Assembly (NCBI RefSeq): GCF_009914755.1 | Contig: NC_060932.1 | Source: the human T2T-CHM13v2.0 reference genome, Homo sapiens | Direction: 5' to 3' (one strand) | DNA: 64,000 bases | In this document: positions 58,502-64,000 of the stretch, piece by piece | Position numbering within the stretch: the stretch's first letter is position 1 | Layout: every line of letters starts with the position of its first letter | Program-made: the position numbers and the translations under genes | Notes under the pieces: model-generated | Database searches by the model: none | What the model was told of the DNA's origin: nothing | Seen by the model: the letters and a program-made list of their open reading frames with translations, nothing else

Positions 58502-59364
58502 CAAGAGATAAAGGCAGAGAGACAGAAAGACATAAGAAGGAGGAGGGGAAGCAGAGGAAATATGTGTCACTACAAATCCTTCCCTCTTCAGGATATTCTC
58601 CACCTCTGGTCCCTGCAGATCCTTTCCACCTTCTCCATGTCACTCTATAACCCTGGCATTAACCCAACTTGCCTCCTCTGGCTTTTGGCTGGGTCAGCTC
58701 ATGTGACCCATGACAGATTACAGGCTGCTAGGAGAGAGGTGTCAGAGTCTTCATGCCCTGATTCCCTCCCTGCTTGGATATAGATTAGCAGAGTACTTGG
58801 CGAAGGCCACAGGAAAGCCATGAAGAAAGGCTTGGGTTACCTCACAAACTAAAGAATTCCTTTCAGCTCAGGTCCTGGCAGAGAGTAATGGGAAGATGCA
58901 GTGGAGGAAAACAGCAGTCATGATGACACACATCAGTCTCATGATGAACTACAAAATCAGGGACAAGGTGGTAAAACCTTACATTAATTGTGTTCTCCTT
59001 TGCCACCTTATTTCATGAGTATCATGGGTGGTTGTTAAAGTTTCAGGTTTCAGGAGAAAATATATTTGAATAGACATCAGCCCATGATAGTACATCAGAT
59101 AATGCTGAGATTTGTGTGGTCCCTGCATTCGGGACTCAATATTTTCACCCATTTAAAGGCCTTTGACATCCCCATCAAAAGACAGGAGCAGACACTGAGG
59201 CGCAAAGGAGGAACTGTCCTGTTTGGCCTGGTTGCCCTCACTTGTTTGCTGACCTTCTCTATCCTTCTCTTTCAGCTTCTGCCTGAGCTCCTCACTGGGA
59301 TCCTTGACTTCTGGCTTCTAGGTTTTGTCAGTAGGAGGCCCCAGCAGACAAGAGTCAGCAGTGA

Positions 59365-59984
59365 TGGGACTGTAAACTAGTTCAACCATTGTGGAAGTCA
59401 GTGTGGCGATTCCTCAGGGATCTAGAACTAGAAATACCATTTGACCCAGCCATCCCATTACTGGGTATATACCCAAAGGACTATAAATCATGCTGCTATA
59501 AAGACACATGCACACGTATGTTTATTGCGGCATTATTCACAATAGCAAAGACTTGGAACCAACCCAAATGTCCAACAATGATAGACTGGATTAAGAAAAT
59601 GTGGCACATATACACCATAGAATACTATGCAGCCATAAAAAATGATGAGTTCACGTCCTTTGTAGGGACATGGATGAAATTGGAAATCATCATTCTCAGT
59701 AAACTATCGCAAGAACAAAAAACCAAACACCGCATATTCTCACTCATAGGTGGGAATTGAACAATGAGAACACATGGACACAGGAAGGGGAACATCACAC
59801 TCTGGGGACTGTTGTGGGGTGGGGGGAGGGGGGAGGGATATCATTGGGAGATATACCTAATGCTAGATGACGAGTTAGTGGGTGTGGTGCACCAGCATGG
59901 CACATGTATACATATGTAACTAACCTGCACAATGTGCACATGTACCCTAAAACTTAAAGTATAATAATAATAAATTTTAAAAAA
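59365..59984 (+). mobile_element. Young 5'-truncated L1PA2-like element (~620 bp)
   Basis: Near-consensus ORF2 C-terminus (123-aa ORF ending SLIGGN); G-rich 3' UTR; non-Ta gag diagnostic; perfect TSD aagagtcagcagtga at 59350-59364 and 59985-59999. Confidence 0.93.
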
Positions 59985-59999
59985 AAGAGTCAGCAGTGA

Positions 60000-60275
60000 G
60001 AATGCCAAGGTGCTGACTCCCGGCTCCACCCCGGCGGCCCTGCAGTTTGACAGCAGCTGCTGCCTCCTTGACCAAGGCCCAGAGCGGCAATCAGGCCGGT
60101 CAGGGCTCCAGCCGCAGCCACCACTCTTCCATCCACCGCTTCCCCCTTCCCACCCAAGCCAAGCCTGAGGGCTCCAGACTCCTGTGTGCTGTCCTCAAGC
60201 TGCCCACACCCTGTGGGTGGGCCGCACAGCCAGCCTGTGTGTCTGCTGCTTATTTCCAGCGAATACATTCCTAGT
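60000..60275. promoter_or_regulatory. Small GC/CpG-enriched unique segment, candidate enhancer
   Basis: About 9 CpGs in 270 bp against an AT-rich background; tgctgactc (MAF/AP-1-like) and acattcc (TEAD-like) motifs. Confidence 0.35.
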
Positions 60276-61137
60276 CCACAGAGTCCCTGTAGTGGAAAGA
60301 CACACGTGTAAGAGGAAAATAAGTCTATTTTAAAGATCTCCAAATTGACTTTCTCCAATATAAGAGAAAAAAAATATTTCCAAGAACTAGACTTATAGTG
60401 AGGAAAATATCTGTGAAAGTCACTTAAACATTTCAGACTCTTATCAATCAATAGGATGTGACCTTTCCTATCCACAAAGTCTCATGTTTGCTCCTTCTCC
60501 AGGTGTCGTGAATCGTATTAGAAAAATCCATTCGTATTTCAAGTATTCACTCATGCAGGCAAGTGTAGAGAATACAGAAGTAATGAGATCATTCCATCTA
60601 GTGTCATCCAATGTTGCAGTTCCTGGGAATCTTCAAAGTTAACCATGTCAGTCAACTACAAACGCTTTTTAAAGTGCGACATAAACCATCATTTGCCATG
60701 GGAAGTCATGTGGCAACATACAGAGGACATTTTAAAACACAAAATTTACTTCTGAATTTTTTTTAAAGATGTGACTTACAATACCTCATGAATGAATATA
60801 ATTATGAAAGCAGTTCAGGGCATATTATTGTAATGCCCTATTACAAATATCATTTTTTTTTACCATATATTTTATCTTAAAAAATCTTGTATCCCTTAGT
60901 TTTAAGTAGACTGTTACTAATCTCCAAGAAAAAAGGCTTATTAATCTTTGTTAGGTAGAGACACTATCTATATAGCATGAAATGGATTGCTTTGATTAAA
61001 TTATCCAAAAACCTAGAGCTAATTGACAGTAATACCTGATTTATTTAGATTCCTAAAACACAGTATTGAAATCTAAATTAGCTGTTTTTATCAAACTGGT
61101 CTACCTACTTTTGCCACCAAAGCTACTGTCTTGGTAA

Positions 61138-61506
<369 letters not shown>

Positions 61507-61589
61507 CTGTTCCCCTTAATGGTATCTTAGAGTTCACTTCCTCCAACACAGCTGATCCCTGTCTGGGGTCTTCCTTATATATTAGTGCC

Positions 61590-61770
61590 CCTGTTATTGC
61601 ACTTCTCTTCTGACACTTAGCATAATCACTTACTGAGTAAGTGATCTTGTTTGATGGACTCTTTATCAGACTAAGTGACAAGTTCTCTATAAGCAGAAAG
61701 CCTCTTCTAATTCACATGTAGGATGCAGTAAGAACTCCCCTATAGAAAATGTTCAGTAAATGTTTGTGAT
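61590..61770 (+). mobile_element. L2 3' fragment
   Basis: cacttagcataat...agactaagtgacaagttctctataagcag...gttcagtaaatgtttg. Confidence 0.45.
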
Positions 61771-61884
61771 AACTGAGGGACAAGTAAAGAGCTTCATCTG
61801 CAATTTTTCTTTACTTTTTGTCCTTGTGAGCCTGCATAAGAACAAGCTACACTGGGCAGTATCACTTCTGTTGAGTGTATCTTT

Positions 61885-63282
61885 TTTTGTTTTCTTTAAC
61901 TTTTATTTTAAGTTCTGTGGTACATGTGCAGGATGTGCAGGTTTCTTATGTGGGTAAATGTGTGCCATGGTGATTGCTGCACGGATCAACCCATCACCTA
62001 GGTATTAAGCCCAGCATCCATTAGCTATTCTTCCTGATGCTCTCCCTCCCCCAACAACCCCTCTTCGACAGGCCCCAGTGTGTTTTGTTTCCCACCACGT
62101 ATCCACGTGTTCTCATCATTCAGCTCCCACTTACAAGTGAGAACATGTGGCATTTTGTTTTCTGTTCCTGCATTAGTTTGTTGATGGCTTCCAGCTTTAT
62201 CCATGTCCTTGGAAAGGTTATGATCTCATTCCTTTTTATGACTGCATAGTATTCCATGGTGTATATGTACCACATTTTCTTTATCCAGTCTATCATTGAT
62301 GGGCATTCGGGTTGATTCCATGTCTTTGCTATTGTGAATAGTGCCGCAATGAACATACACGTGCATTTATCTTTATAATAGAATGATCTATATTCCTTTG
62401 GGCATATACCAAGTAATGGGATTGCTGGGTCAAATGGCATTTCTGCCTCTAGGTTTTTGAGGAATCACCACACTGTCTTCCACAATGGTTGAACTAATTT
62501 ACACTCCCACCAACAGTGTAAAAGTGTTTCATTTTCTCTACGATCTTGCCAGCATCTGTTGTTTTTTGACTTCTTATTAGTAGTCATTCTGACTGGTGTG
62601 AGATGGCATCACATTTTCGTTTGGATTTGCATTTCTCTAATGATCAGTGATGTTGAGCTTTTTTCATATGTTTGTTGGTGACATGTATGTCTTCTTTTGA
62701 AAAGTATCTGTTCATGTCTTTTGCCAACTTTTTAGTGGGTTTTTTTCTTATACATTTGTTTAAGTTCCTCGTAGACTTTGGATATTAGATAGATAGATTG
62801 CAAAAATTTTCTCCCATTCTGTAGGTTGTCTGTTTATTCTGATGATAGTTTCTTTTGTTGTGCAGAAGCTCTTTAGTTTAATTAGATCCCATTTGTTACT
62901 TTTTGCTTTTGTTGCCATTGCTTTTGGTGTTTTCATCATGAAACCTTTGCCTGTGCCTATGTTCTAAATGGTATTGCCTAGATTTTCTTCTAGGGTTTTT
63001 ATAGTTTTGGGTTTTATAATACATTTAAGTATTTAATCCATCTTGAGTTGATTTTTATATATCATATAAAGAAGGAGTCCAGTTTCAATTTTCTGCATAT
63101 GGCTAGCAGGACTATGAGCACCATTTATTAAATAGGGAGTCCTTTCCCCATTGCTTTTTTCAAGTTTGTCAAAGATCAGATGGTTGTAGATGGATGGTCT
63201 TATTTCTGAGTTCTCTAGTCTGTTCCATTGGTCTATGTGTCTGTTCTTGTACTAGTACTATGCTGTTTTGGTTACTGTAACC
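61885..63282 (-). mobile_element. 5'-truncated L1PA10-12-like element (~1.4 kb)
   Basis: ccatcacctaggtattaagcccagcatccattagct 3' UTR; TSD tgtatcttt at 61876-61884 and 63283-63291, followed by aa. Confidence 0.9.
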
Positions 63283-64000
63283 TGTATCTTTAATGGGGTA
63301 CTGAATGTTCATATATGTAGGACAGCCCTAACCTAACATTGAAGAGACCCAGAATCTCGTCCTGACGTAGTCACTAGAACAATGTGAAAACTGGCTATTT
63401 TCTCTGCCTATTTCCTTTTCTGCATCATAGGAATTGAGATAACTTCCCAACCACAGAGAACCGTGTTGAGACTTAAATTATATAATAGATAGGTAACTGC
63501 CAAAAAAAAAAAGGACCATTAGTTAGAGTTGGAGTTAGGTCTCTCCTCTGGGGAGCTGTACCTCCAATCTATTGTGGTACAACTAGAAAGAATGAATTTT
63601 ATATCCAGAAACTTATTCCCAAATTGACTGCTCCTGTCACTTCCAAACCTTAGTCTGTGTAACCCTCTTCCAAAGGCTGTTCACCGATTAGATGTTCTGA
63701 TTGCAGTTATTTAAACTCAGCCTGACTTCAGTCTACATTAGAATGGTTGGCAGGTAATCAAGAGGCCAGAGATTCATAGAGGCAATATTTTCTTTGTAAT
63801 CTGAGGCTAATAAAATCATCAGATACAGCCGCAATTGTGTGCTTAAGCCTTCATGACTAGAGAGACTGTTGTGTCTTATCATTAGAAAAATGGCTGTAGT
63901 ATCTTCTAATCACACAGTGAACTAACACTAACAAAATAAAAAATCATTTTTGTTTTGGTTTATTTTTCTATAAAGGCTGGGATGTGCTTCATACCTGAAA

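Noticed and set aside
58334-58783. 149-aa ORF with SLSL/VCVC/ERER runs
   Set aside because: Microsatellite translation
59990-60475. 161-aa minus and 75-aa plus ORFs over the GC-rich patch
   Set aside because: No recognisable protein similarity; better treated as a possible regulatory segment

Overview
Primate genomic DNA (AluY, L1PA2 and LTR12 point to a hominoid, most likely human), AT-rich and dominated by transposable elements. I find no recognisable protein-coding exon, RNA gene or CRISPR array; every long ORF in the track traces to L1 ORF1/ORF2, Alu, LTR12 or microsatellite sequence. Main contents: about 12 Alus, several solo ERV1 LTRs (LTR54-, MER67- and LTR12-type), DNA-transposon MITEs (MADE1, MER53, Tigger3a), and many L1s, including a ~17 kb nested L1 stack (32.3-49.5 kb) holding two full-length decayed L1PA copies. 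I do not see a new gene system. The most unusual signal is mechanistic. There is a set of locally templated patches in which L1 sequence was replaced by copies of nearby DNA (200 bp direct, 93 bp inverted, a 21+12 bp two-step patch and a 26 bp fold-back). There is also a 5'-intact, 3'-truncated L1 flanked by a TSD (internal priming), two twin-primed L1s, and a TSD-less L1-plus-flank capture. Subfamily names come from recalled consensus sequences, and ends without a TSD are approximate.
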